Assembly: GCA_038087875.1 (NCBI GenBank)
Contig: CM075988.1
Span: 8,558,001-8,622,000 of the forward strand
Length of the DNA stretch: 64,000 bases
Direction: 5' to 3'
Source of the DNA: Malacoraja senta
Taxonomy: Eukaryota
In this document: positions 52,737-64,000 of the stretch, in pieces
Position numbering within the stretch: position 1 is the stretch's first letter
How the letters are laid out: each line of letters begins with the position of its first letter
The notes under the pieces: model-generated
What the model saw: only the letters and a program-made list of their open reading frames with translations
What the model was told of the DNA's origin: nothing
The model's database searches: none
Made by a program: the position numbers and the translations under genes

Positions 52737-55090
52737 GTGGCAGTTCCACTGATTCTTCCCCATCCCTCTCCAACTATGGGACCACTTCTCTTCCACACCC
52801 ACACCACTGCCCTCTCACCCCCCCACCCCCTGACCACCCACCACACATCGCCTCGTCCCCATTACACCCACCTGCCTTCCTCCGGCCCCAACCCCCATCC
52901 CTGCCGGGTGTTCACCATCCCCCCCGACCTCCCCCTCTCCGACATCGAACGGTCTGTCCTCAGCAGAGATCTTACCTTTGTCCCCCTCCGTCCCCATCTC
53001 AATGAGTTCCGTGCCCTCCATGACTTGGAACGCTTCTACCGTCGCCTCCGCCTCACAGCTCACTTCCATGGGAAGCAGTCCTCGCTCCCCACTGATGACC
53101 CCTTTTCCCGTCTCCAACGCACCCCATCCTCATGGAACCCCCCTCGCAGCCTTCCGGCTTTAGAACTCTTTATTAAAAACTGCCGCCGTGACATCAACCG
53201 CCTCAACTTCTCCACTCCCCTGTCTCACTCCAATCTCTCCCCCCTTGAACGCACTGCCATCGACTCACTCCGCAACAACCTAGATTGGGTTATCAAACCC
53301 GCCGACAAGGGAGGTGCCGTGGTAGTCTGGCGCGTCGACCTCTACAAAGCTGAGGCCACGCGCCAACTCTCGGACACCTCTTCCTACTTACCCCTGGACC
53401 ATGACCCCACTGACGAGCACCAGGCCACCATCTCCAGCACCATCACCAACTTCATCCACTCCCACGCCCTGCCCGAACGAGCCTCCAACCTCATCGTTCC
53501 CCAGCCCCGCACAGCCCGCTTTTACCTTCTCCCCAAAATCCACAAACCTGACTGTCCCGGTAGACCCATTGTCTCTGCCTGTTCTTGCCCCACCGAACTC
53601 ATCTCCACCTACCTCGAATCCATACTATCCCCCTTGGTTAAATCCCTCCCCACCTATGTTCAAGACACCTCAGACACTCTCCGTCATCTCCGCGCATTCC
53701 ACTCTCTAGGCCCTCACCCCCTCATCTTCACCATGGACGTCCAGTCACTGTACACCTCCATCCCCCACCAGGATGGTCTCAAAGCCCTCCGTTTTTTCCT
53801 CGACCGTAGAAGCAATCTATACCCGGCCACTGACACCCTCCTCCGCCTAGCGGAGCTGGTACTTACACTTAATAACTTTTCATTTGACTCCTCCCATTTC
53901 CTCCAAATACAAGGCGTAGCTATGGGCACACGCATGGGCCCCAGCTACGCCTGCCTCTTTGTCGGGTACGTAGAACAATCCCTGTTCAATGCGTACCAGG
54001 GCCCCATCCCCGACCTCTACCTCCGCTACATCGATGATTGTTTTGGTGCCACATCCTGCACCCACACACAACTGACTGACTTCATCCGCTTCACCACCAA
54101 CTTCCATCCGGCACTCAAATACACCTGGACCATTTCCGACACTTCCCTACCATTCCTTGACCTCACTATCTCCATCGCAGGTGATAGACTCCTTACCGAC
54201 ATCCACTACAAACCTACCGACTCCCATGGCTATCTGGACTACACTTCTTCCCACCCTGCTTCCTGTAAGGACTCCATCCCCCACTCCCAATTCCTCCGTC
54301 TACGCCGCATCTGCTCCCAGGATGAGGCGTTCCACACCAGGGCATCTGAAATGTCCTCATTCTTCAGGGAACGGGGGTTCCCCTCCTCCACCATAGATGA
54401 GGCTCGCACCAGGGTCTCTGCCATACCCCGCAACACTGCTCTCTCTCCCCATCCCCCCACTCACAACAAAGGCAGAGTCCCCCTAGTCCTCACCTTTCAC
54501 CCCACCAGCCGTCACATACAACAAGTGATCCTCCGTCAGTTTCGCCACCTCCAACGTGACCCCACCACTCGCCACATCTTCCCATCTCCCCCTATGTCTG
54601 CCTTCCGCAAAGACCGCTCCCTCCGTAACTCCCTTGTCAATTCTTCCCTTCCCTCCCATACCACCCCCTCCCCTGGTACTTTCCCTTGCAACCGCAAGAG
54701 ATGCAACACTTGTCCCTTCACTTCCCCCTCCACTCCATTCCAGGACCCAAGCAGTCGTTCCAGGTGCGACAGAGGTTCACCTGCATCTCCTCCAACCTCA
54801 TCTATTGCATTCGCTGCTCTAGATGCCAGCTGATCTACATCGGTGAGACCAAGCGGAGGCTTGGCGATCGTTTCGCCGAACACCTCCGGTCGGTCCGCAA
54901 TAACCAACCTGAACTCCCGGTGGCTCAGCACTTCAACTCCCCCTCCCATTCCGTATCTGACCTCTCTGTCCTGGGTCTCCTCCATGGCCACAGCGAGCAA
55001 CACCGTAAATTGGAGGAAATGCACCTCATATTCCGCTTGGGCAGTCTACATCCTGGTGGCCTGAACGTTGAATTCTCCCAATTCTGCTAG
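52737..55090 (+). pseudogene. PLE reverse transcriptase plus GIY-YIG endonuclease, frameshifted near 54725
   Basis: IKPADKGG, YLLPKIHK, GRPIVS, MDVQSLYTSIP, GVAMG and YLRYIDD in ORF 52737..54833. LIYCIRC-x-YIGET-RF.EH-HF-E in ORF 54686..55090. Confidence 0.92.
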
Positions 55091-55206
55091 CCCTGGCTGT
55101 CCCCTCCCCTTCATCAGCCATCTGGTTGTCTCCTCCCCTCCCCCAGCCCTCGGGCTCCTCCTCCGCCTTTTCCTTTTTTCCTTTCTTCTCCCCACCCCCT
55201 ATCAGT

Positions 55207-55235
55207 CTGAAGAAGGGTTTCGGCCCGAAACGTTA
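55207..55235 (+). ncRNA. Minimal hammerhead core in the pLTR of the long PLE
   Basis: CTGAAGA-A-GGGTTTCGGCCC-GAAAC-GTTA, about 115 nt downstream of the ORF stop on the sense strand. Confidence 0.65.
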
Positions 55236-56574
55236 CCTATTTCCTTCGCTCCATAGATGCTGCTGCACCCGCTGAGTTTCTCCAGCATTTTTGTGTACCT
55301 TCGATTTTCCAGCATCTGCAGTTCCTTCTTTAACAACCGACATCTTTGGAGTGTGTGAGGAAACCGGAACACCCGGAGAAAACCCACGCAGTCACATGGA
55401 GAACGTACAAACTCCGTACAGACAGCACCTGTGGTCAGGATAAAACCCGGGTCTCTGGTGCAGTAAGACAGCGATTCTACTGCTGCGTCACTGTGCCGAC
55501 CCACATCTCTTTTGAAAACATAGAACATACAACAGTACAGCACAGGAACAGGCCCTTCGGACAACAATGATCGTGCCGAACATGATGTCTGAAGAAGGGT
55601 CTCGACCCAAAACGTCACCCATTTCTTCTCTCCAGAGATGCTGCCTGTCCTGCTGAGTTACTCCAGCATTTTGTGGCTATGCAAACATAAACTAATCTCC
55701 TCTGCCTGCACATGATCCATATGCCTCAATTCCTTGCATATCCATGTACCCATCCAAAAGGCACTTAAATGCCACTATCACATCTACCTCACCATTGGTG
55801 GAAAACCCGGGGGGGAGGGGGGCAGGGGGGACGTGTCCCCTCCATGTTTTCAGAGGTGGGGAACGGTCCCCCTCACGTTACAAGCTTTAAATCTGTGGTA
55901 CAGATCTGCAGTAATTGACTCATTCTAACGGTAACGGCCCCGTAGTAAAAGCATCCACGTCGCGGGGCTGGAAACTGGAAGAATCCCGAGCTAATTACCG
56001 TTCACAGGGCGCACGGCTGAAGCTTCCGATGCCTCGCATGTGTGTGTGAGTGTGCGCACGGAGGGGACCGGGGGACAGAGTGTCCCCCCTGTCCCCCGGT
56101 CCCCTCCATGTTTTGAAAGCAGTTTCCTCACCACCACCCTTGACACTCTTGGCCGCTGTAAGCATCAGTAGTACCAGGGCTGGAGCTGATGGCAATGTGA
56201 GGAGAATAGAGATTAGTGTAGATTTAGTGTAATCAAGTGCTTGATGGTCGGTGTGGACTCAGCGCACCAAAAGGCCATCTGATTCTTGACCTGTGACCTA
56301 TGCACTCTATCGCTTCTTCAATAGCCATCATGAGGTCAGGAAAGGTGTTAAACAAGTGCAACCCTTTTTAATTACATCTTGAAAAGAGGCAACAAAAAAA
56401 TCCAATGCATGTGATCAGAAAGATGCAGCTGGAAATGTTCTAATGACTGGTGATGTCACTACAATTGGTCCCAGTGCCTTGGGCAAGGAAGGGGCAAGAA
56501 ATCACACAGTCACGTTCCCTGGTCTTTATTGCAGACATGAAGAAAAGTGTATTCTGACTTAGATCTGAAGAAGG

Positions 56575-56880
56575 GGGCGGCTAATGGCGCAGCGGTACAG
56601 TTGCTGCCTTTACAGCACCAGAGACCCGAGTTCGATCCTAACTACGGGTGCTGTCTGCACGGAGTTTGTACCTTCTCCCCGTGACCACATGGATTTTCTC
56701 CAGGTGCTCCGGTTTCCTCCCACATCCCAAAGATGTACAGGTTTGTAGATTAATTGGTTCGATAAAAATTGTAAATTGTTCCCAGTGTGTAGGATAATGC
56801 TAGTGTACGGGGAATCACTGGTTGTCGCAGACTCGGTGGGCTGAAGGGCCTGTTTCCACACTGTATCTCTAAAGTCTAAA
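56575..56880 (+). mobile_element. HE1-like V-SINE
   Basis: A box TGGCGCAGCGG, B box AGTTCGATCC, V domain GGTGCTCCGGTTTCCTCCCACATCCCAAAGA, CR1-type tail. Confidence 0.88.
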
Positions 56881-57681
56881 CGTCTAAAGATGATTACTGT
56901 CCATGCTAGCAGGATGCTAGTTTCCACGCTGTATCTCTAAAGTCTAAAGGGTTTTGACGGGAAACATTGTCTATCCATGTTCTCCAGGGATGCTGCCTGG
57001 CCCGCTGAGTTACTCCAGCACTTTGGGTCCTGTTGCTTTCTGACATAATTAGCTGGTGCAGTATGTTGCCTGGGCTCCAGGAATCCACAAGTCTTTACTT
57101 TCCTGATGGACATGGGAAGAACATGGGAAGAATATAATAAGAGTGATCTGAACAGAAACCATTTATTCGTCACCGGTATCAGGAATGGGCACAGAAATGA
57201 AAGACAAATTCCAGCCGAGTGCCATTTTGTGATAAGCATGCTAAGTCTGGCTGTGGAAGCAACCCAGTAAAGAGGAAGGTTAAACTTCATCTGTGGAGAG
57301 CAGACCCATTCTATAGCTCTCCCCCTGGAGGCCGTGTATCAAAGCACTGCCAGACTGTCAAAGCCCTTAACTTACTTAAAGTTTAATATCTAATAACTCT
57401 TTGGCAATTTAGAGAAAATTAAGTAGGTATTCATTACTCTAATTAAATATGAATGACACTAACTAGTAAAGTGTCCAAATTGATGAAGTGATTGTTAGTA
57501 ATTCAATATCCATTATACACGGTCTTCATTAGAGATCCATTGTATGCACAAATGTGATTAGTTGTAGATTAGTGGAGATGGCGCTCTCTTAGTTAGTCAA
57601 ACACTGAATCAGGCACAAACAGCAGGAGATGTAAGGAACTGCAGATGTTGGTTCACTACAAAACACACATAGTGCTAGAGT

Positions 57682-58570
57682 AAGCTTGCAGATGACATTA
57701 AAGTGGGTGGTATTGTAGATAGGGAAGATGGTCGTCAAACATTGCAGCCAGTTCATGATCGGTTGGGCAGGTAGGCTGAGGAATGTTTTGATGGAGTTTA
57801 ATGTGCGTGGTGTTGCATTTTGGGATGTCTAACCAGGGCAGGACCTACATGGTGAATGGCAGGGCTCTAGGGAGTGTTGTAAAGCAGAGGGTTCTGCAAT
57901 GCAGGTAGATATTTCCTTGAATGTGGCATCTCAGACAGATGGGGTGGTCAAGAAGGCTTTCGGCCCATTGGCCTTCATCAGTCAGAGTATTGATTATAGA
58001 AGTTATCTTACAGTTGTACAAGACATTTGCACAGTCACATTTGTGTTCAGTTTTGGTCACCCTGTTATAGGAAAGATGTTGTTACGATGGAAAGGGTGCA
58101 GAGAAGTTTTATGAGGATGCTGCCAGGACTCGAGGGCCTGAGCTCTAAGGAGAGGTTGAGCAGGCTAGGACTTTATTCTTTGGAGAGCAGGAAGATGAGG
58201 GGTAAACATATAGAGGTGTTTAAGATCATGAGAGGAATATATAGGGTAAATGCACAGTCTTTTACCCAGAATAGGGAATCAAGAACCAGGGGACATAGGT
58301 TTAAGGTAAGGGGGGAAAGATTCAATAGGAACCTGAGGGGCAACGTTTTTACACAAAGGGTGATTGGTATATGGAAAGAACTGCGAGAAAAGGTCGTTGA
58401 GGCAGGTACTATCACAACATTTAAAAAACATTTGGACAGGTACATGGAAAGGATAGATTTGGAAGGATGAGGGCCAAACGCAGGGAGGTGGGACTAGTGT
58501 AGATGGGGCATGTTGGTCGGTGTGCGCAAGTTGGGCCAAGGCGCCTGATTCCACGCTGTATGACTGTATA
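57682..58570 (+). mobile_element. CR1-clade LINE, ~0.9-kb 3' fragment
   Basis: Starts near a decayed (F)ADD motif (GCAGATGAC). CVQFWSPCYRKDV...ERVQRSFMRMLPGL...FTQRVIGIWKEL, then the 3' tail. Confidence 0.9.
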
Positions 58571-59987
58571 ACTCAGCTTGTAAGGCGGCATCTCTGGAGA
58601 ACAAGGATAGGTGATGTGTTTTGCACTATTATTGTTTGTTTGTTTTTATGTGTATGTATATGTGTGTATATATGTGGTGTCAAGGAAAGAGCGTTCACGT
58701 CGTGGCCCTGTTTCCACCAATCTTTCCACCATCACGCACAAGAAGCACAAGAAGCGACAAGACAGGCACCATTCAGCTCTGGCAGAACAACTTCTAACCT
58801 TGTGTGTGGACTCGATAAGAAGAAGTTTTCTGTTGTGCTGCTGCAAATAATAATTTCATTGTTCTGTTTGGGACTTACGACACTAAAACACTCTTGACTC
58901 TTGATCAATCATCAAGTACTCTCAAGGCTAAGATAGGCGATTCGAAGATATCAGGTAATGTGGATGAAGCAGAGACTCAGCACGATCGTTGAGCAACGGG
59001 GCAAGCTTGTGGCTGAAGAGACTGCACTTTCTTCATTTCCTTTTGCTCCTATTTCTCCGCACAGTCTGCTGCACTGACAATCGAAGGAAATATTCCTTTA
59101 AACATAAAAGAATCCCATCATCGGTATACATGTTAATAAGGATATTGAGAGAAGGTTTCCCATTACGAATCACAAATCCAATCCCGTATTCTGAGATAAG
59201 TATTTGTGAGATTATTACGTTTGTCAGAATACTTAGAGGTTTTGTTTGATAGAGCCTATAAATTGAAAGTGTAAATTCAGTTACTCACATCCATTTACCT
59301 TTCACGATGGTACAATCTATCACTGAATGAAGAAAATTGATACCGGAAAAAACGTAAGTTATAAAAGACCGTGCAATATGGTCTGGCATCTGCAGCCTAT
59401 TTTGGCTTTGGACAATAAATCCTACCGACTCTGGGATTTCATTAAATGCAGTATTTATAGGAAGGAACTGCAGATGCTGGATGTACATCGAAGAACGACG
59501 CAAAATGCTGGAGTACCTCAACGGGACAGGCGGCATCTCAGGAGAGAAGGAATCGGTGACGTTTTGGGTCGAGACCTTTCTTCACACGTGTCTATCTTGA
59601 TTAGATGCAGGTTGCTCATTGTGTAGGAGAGTCATAAAGCACAGAAACAGGCTCTTTGGCACAACTTGTCGATGCTGACCAAGTGGCCCATCTACAATAG
59701 TCCATTTGCTTGTGTTTGACCCATATCCTTCTAAACCATTCCTACCCATATACCTGTTCAAGTGGCATTTAAATTGTTATTGTAGCTGACACAACCATAT
59801 CCTCTGGCAGCTTGTACCATATACGTACCACCCTCTGTGTGAAAAGATTGCCCATTACCATCCTATTAAATCTTTCCCCTCTCACTTTAAACATATACTC
59901 TCAACTTCTTGATTTCCCTACTCTGGGAATAAGATGGTGTGCACTTACCCTATCTAATCCCCTCATGATTTTATACACCTCTATATA

Positions 59988-60338
59988 CACCCAATGGTAT
60001 GAATATTGATTTATCTAACTTCAAGTAACCCTTACATCCCCTTTCCATTCCTCCCTCACCCAAGTAATTGTACTAGTTTTCAAAGTCATCATCTTGAGTC
60101 TCATTGTCTGTAACTCATTTTCACCTAGCCCACAGCTAATAATGGCCTGTTTCCTTTTTAATCATTACTTTTTTGCATATCTTTCATTTATTTGTTCTAT
60201 ACCTCTCTATATCACCACTTATATCTCTCCTTTCCCTTTCCCCTGACTCTCAGTCTGAAGAGGATTCTCAACCTGAAACGTCACCTATTCCTTTTCTCCG
60301 CTGACCCGCTGAGTTATTCCAGCTTTTTGTGTCTACCT
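59988..60338 (+). mobile_element. PLE 3' fragment (end of GIY-YIG, 3' UTR, pLTR)
   Basis: Collinear with 49632-49950 (GGTATGAATATTGATTT...CAGTCTGAAGA). Confidence 0.8.
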
Positions 60339-62121
60339 CTTATCCACCTCAGCCTCCTGTGCTCCTCCTGACAACATCTTCCCTGCACTCTTTCCAGCTT
60401 AACACTATCCTTTCTATAGCAGAGTGACCCGAACTAAACACAATACTCCGAATGCGGCCTTTGCAACATCTTATACAGTACACCTGCAATAATATATTCA
60501 ACGTCGATACTTAATGCTCTGACTAATGAAGACCATTGTGCCGTAAGTATCCTCCCCCTCCCACCTATATCACTTTTCTGGCTTTACATTTTGCTCCACT
60601 TCTCTCCTTATCTGACACCTTTTTGTCAATTTCTTAAACTCCAGCCTTTGTCACTGACTCCACTCATCTGCAAATCAAACACTCCCTCACCTGTACCCAG
60701 CTATCATTTGCTAGGCTTTCTCCCGACCCCAGCTATCTCTTTCCCTATTACAATCAGTCTGAAGAAGGGTCCTGCTCCTAAGACATCTGTCCATTCCCTT
60801 CACGGACACTGCCTGACCTGCTAAGTTACTCTCGCACTTTGTGTTTTGCCAAAAGTAGATATTTATGGGAATGGTCTCTGCAACGTCTTCCCACTGAAGC
60901 TGCCTTGCCGCCAGCCTTTTCCGCATTTTCTGTTTTATATCAGTGTTCACTGTGGTTGATTTAGGTTTCAGTGAGCTAGCAAGAACAAAACTGTTAGAAG
61001 AAATGAAGTGCCAGGTCTACCGTGATTTATCTTTCCCATTTCGCACTTTAAGCCAGACTTTGATCCAGATGACCTTGACCAGTACAGCCCAGTACTGCTG
61101 TTTTCATCTTTCCACCAGCATGTAGTCAGAAGTCAATCACCAGCAGTACACTTCAAAGGATCCTCAGCTTCCTGCAGTTATGACATTGGGTTGCCTGAAG
61201 ACATCTTTTCTTCAGATTTCTAATTATTTTCAGACTTTCCACCACTGATTATCTGAAAATGTTTTCAATGGGAACACAAGCTTGTTAGCAGGCATAGCTG
61301 GAAGAGCTATTCTTGAAATCTGGCTGCAGTGCAATGATCTGACGAGAGCTGCCAAGGTAAATCACCTTACATTTGCAAGTAATACATGACTTGGTTGATG
61401 AAGGTGTATATGTGTCGGCTCCACTCTAACAGGAGACAGAGCAGAAGCCAGAAGAGGAAGAAGCAAGCAGAGGGACATCTGCAACAAATGCAGGGGCTGC
61501 AAATAATCACCGCAGCATTCGTCCACAAGGTGGCTATTTTTTCTGGCCGCTTTATTAAGTGTGCATGATGAATGAAAGATACAGAAACGTCAGATATTCA
61601 ATGATTCGGTGATTCACTGATACTTTATGGTCACATCTACCTAGGTACAGTGAAATATTTTGCATACAATCTGGTAAAATCATACAGCAGACTTCACCTA
61701 GGCAGTACACCAAGAGTCGCCACATTTCTGGCAACGACAAAGTTTCAAGTTCGAAGTACAGTCCTATCTTCTCGCAGCAATGAACCAGGCCTGCCATCGC
61801 ACATGGCCACCGGTAAGTTTAGTTTATTGTCACGTGCACCATGAACAGTGAGGTACAGTGAAAAGCTTTTGTTGCGTGCTAACCAGTCAGCAGAAAGACA
61901 ATACGTGATTACAATCGAGCCATTCACAGTGTACAGATACAGGATATAGGTATTAACGTGAATAATGTTTAGTGCAAGATAAAGCCAGTAAAGTCCGATC
62001 AAAGATAGTCCAAGCGTCTCCAATCAGGTAGATAGTCGTTCAGGACTGCTCTCTAGTTGTAGTAGGATGGTTCAGTTGCCTGATAACAGCTGGGAAGATA
62101 CTGCCCCTGAATCTGGAGGTG

Positions 62122-62408
62122 TCAAGTCAAGTCACTTTTATTTCCATAGCAAATTTAAAAAAAAACTCTCGTTGGCCAAAGTGCTTTACATTGGTGGAGG
62201 TACTAACGCTATGCAACAGTGGTTCATAGATTAAGTACATACATAAATACATACATATAGCCCTCCCTCAGAGGACGTCAAGAAAGGCTTGAGAGTAAAG
62301 ATGAGTTTTAAGTCTCGACTTAAAGGAGTCAATGGAGGGGGCAGTTCTGATGGGAAGAGGGATGCTGTTCCACAGTCTAGGAGCTGCAACCGCAAAGGCT
62401 CGGTCGCC
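62122..62408 (-). mobile_element. L2-clade LINE 3' end
   Basis: Minus strand encodes GDRAFAVAAPRLWNSIP...FKSRLKT, then TGTAAAGCACTTTG...AATAAAA and a (GACTT)n tail. Confidence 0.8.
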
Positions 62409-63259
62409 TTTTCACACTTCTATACATTTTTCCTGATGGGAGAGAGGAGAAGAGTGAGTGGCCAGGGTGAGACTCATCCTTGATAAAGTAGGAGGAAACA
62501 TGGGCATACGGAGGAAATCCATGCACTCAGAGAGAAAACTTGCAAACTCCACACAGACAGCACCTGAAGACACGATCAATACTGGGTCTCTGCACTGAGA
62601 GACTGATAACAGATGGTAGATAACATACCTTTTTCCTAATGGGAGAGTGGAGATGAGGGGAGTGGCCAGGGTGCCTGCAAGGTCCCTCTTTGCTCTTGGC
62701 AGCCCGTCCGCTGGGTTGGTCTCGGCGGCCCGTCCAGCGTTCAGCTCCGCGGCACATCCCGGGAGACATGAGTGAGTATTGAGGGGGTGATGAAAACATT
62801 GAATTGGGGCAAAGAAGCAAGTGCAGTGAAATATTTAACGTGCAGGAGCGCAACAGAAAATTAGTTGGGGAGAAAAAGTTTGATATGCTAAAATTAAAGT
62901 GTACTCGGAATTGGCTATTCCCCGTACATGGAACAGATGGAGATGCATCAAAGAACATGTGATATCACCAAAGTCCCAAGAGAAGACTCAAACAGAACAA
63001 CCTGACCACAAGCAGAAAAAGAAAGGTGATATTATGACTAATGGTAGGTCCAAAGATGTAAGTTATTTGTCATTCATTTTCAAACAAGAACATAACATGC
63101 ATATCATTGTGATGTGTATGGACATGAATGATTAGATCAATCTTGGCTCAAGCATTCCTTCCACACAGGTTTCAGAGGTGTAGCAATGCTGTAGCATCAG
63201 TGGTTCTTGATTTTCGAGGTTCTCTTTACATCTTTGGTTCCTCCATTGAGTCATAGAGT

Positions 63260-63653
63260 CACCTTCTCTGTGGATTGTCACCTTGTCATGGTGGAGAAGC
63301 TTGTGTGGTCCTGAGATCTAGAGAGTAATGTAGTCTGGAGCTTTGCCACCCATGGCGGTAAGGACGAGGGGGAGGTCTCTGACAAAGAGCAATCCAACCA
63401 AGACCTCAACGGTAGAACAGGCGGAGGATGATGACTGGCTTTAGTGGAGCCTCACAACGGCTGGGAAGGCGGATGAAGGCTGCAACAGGAAAGGGTCCCC
63501 GGTCGTATTGGACTCCATGCCACTCGCTCCTGACCCAGATCTGTCAAGGACAGTGTGGTGGCTGTCTGTGCACCAGTCTCCCCACGTTAAACAAAGTCAT
63601 GTACAGGTGTCCTCAGGAGAGGACAGTCATACTCGTTTTGAGTGACCGCCGAT
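63260..63653 (+). mobile_element. RTE-clade (Rex3/Expander/BovB-like) 5'-UTR-derived short element
   Basis: GTCACCTTGTCATGGTGGAG...CACCCATGGC...GACAAAGAGCAATCC recalls the RTE 5' UTR. Bounded by TGAGTCATA repeats. Family call is from memory only. Confidence 0.45.
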
Positions 63654-64000
63654 GAGTCATACAGTCATATAGTATGGCTATATGACTCTATGACTCTAGG
63701 AAACAGGCTCTTCGGCCCAACTAGACCATGCCAACTAAAATGGCCCATCTACACTAGTCCCATATCCCTCTAAACCTTTCCTATCCATGTAGGAAATGTC
63801 CAAATGTCTTTTAAATGTTGTTACAGTACATGTCCCAACTACCTCCTCTGGCAGCTCATTTCATATACCCACCACCCTCTGTGGAAAGAAGACCCATTCT
63901 AGCTTCCTCTCATGAATGAGCACCACTTTTAATGTGGCCATGCCAAACAGGACAATCCAATGCTTGTTGTTCCCAGTGTGTGTGACAACTTTGAAACTCT

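Larger units (their letters stand above)
51742..55334 (+). mobile_element. Penelope-like element, probably Neptune group, 5'-truncated, nested in a V-SINE
   Basis: RT and GIY-YIG domains joined by a Cys-rich linker (CNRKRCNTC...FTC), ending in a pLTR with hammerhead core. Flanks are two halves of one minus-strand SINE. Confidence 0.93.

Noticed and set aside
55794..56135. G/C-run-rich block possibly a hAT-like MITE
   Set aside because: The right terminal repeat and a TSD could not be defined convincingly.
56575..56655. tRNA-like sequences with A and B boxes (also 18248, 38784 and others)
   Set aside because: These are SINE heads that continue into the V domain and LINE-derived tail; no full cloverleaf or terminator.

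Overview
Repeat-dominated vertebrate genomic DNA, almost certainly a cartilaginous fish (skate/ray-like). This call rests on the HE1-type V-SINEs and the CR1/HER1-type LINE tails. I find no convincing host protein-coding gene; nearly all short ORFs are repeat-derived or random. Main contents: (1) a 6.4-kb Gmr1-like Gypsy LTR retrotransposon (26176-32575) with integrase upstream of RT, three LTRs inside one GAGTC target-site duplication (TSD), and nonsense/frameshift lesions. (2) Two Penelope-like elements (PLEs) encoding RT plus a GIY-YIG nuclease (51742-55334, 48326-49990). (3) Roughly 35 dispersed copies (counted by eye) of the PLE terminal repeat (pLTR); the unit contains a minimal hammerhead-ribozyme core (many copies truncated or decayed), and many are arranged as fold-backs. 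(4) Many CR1, Rex1/Babar-like, L2 and RTE fragments, tRNA-headed SINEs, a Harbinger-type MITE, a Helitron-like end, an 8-bp-TSD element with telomere-like repeats, and a GC-rich non-coding retroposon family whose 3' hairpin shows covariation. (5) A 200-N gap preceded by a near-identical copy of 12590-13136, probably a haplotype false duplication. Family assignments come from motif recognition only; no searches were run.
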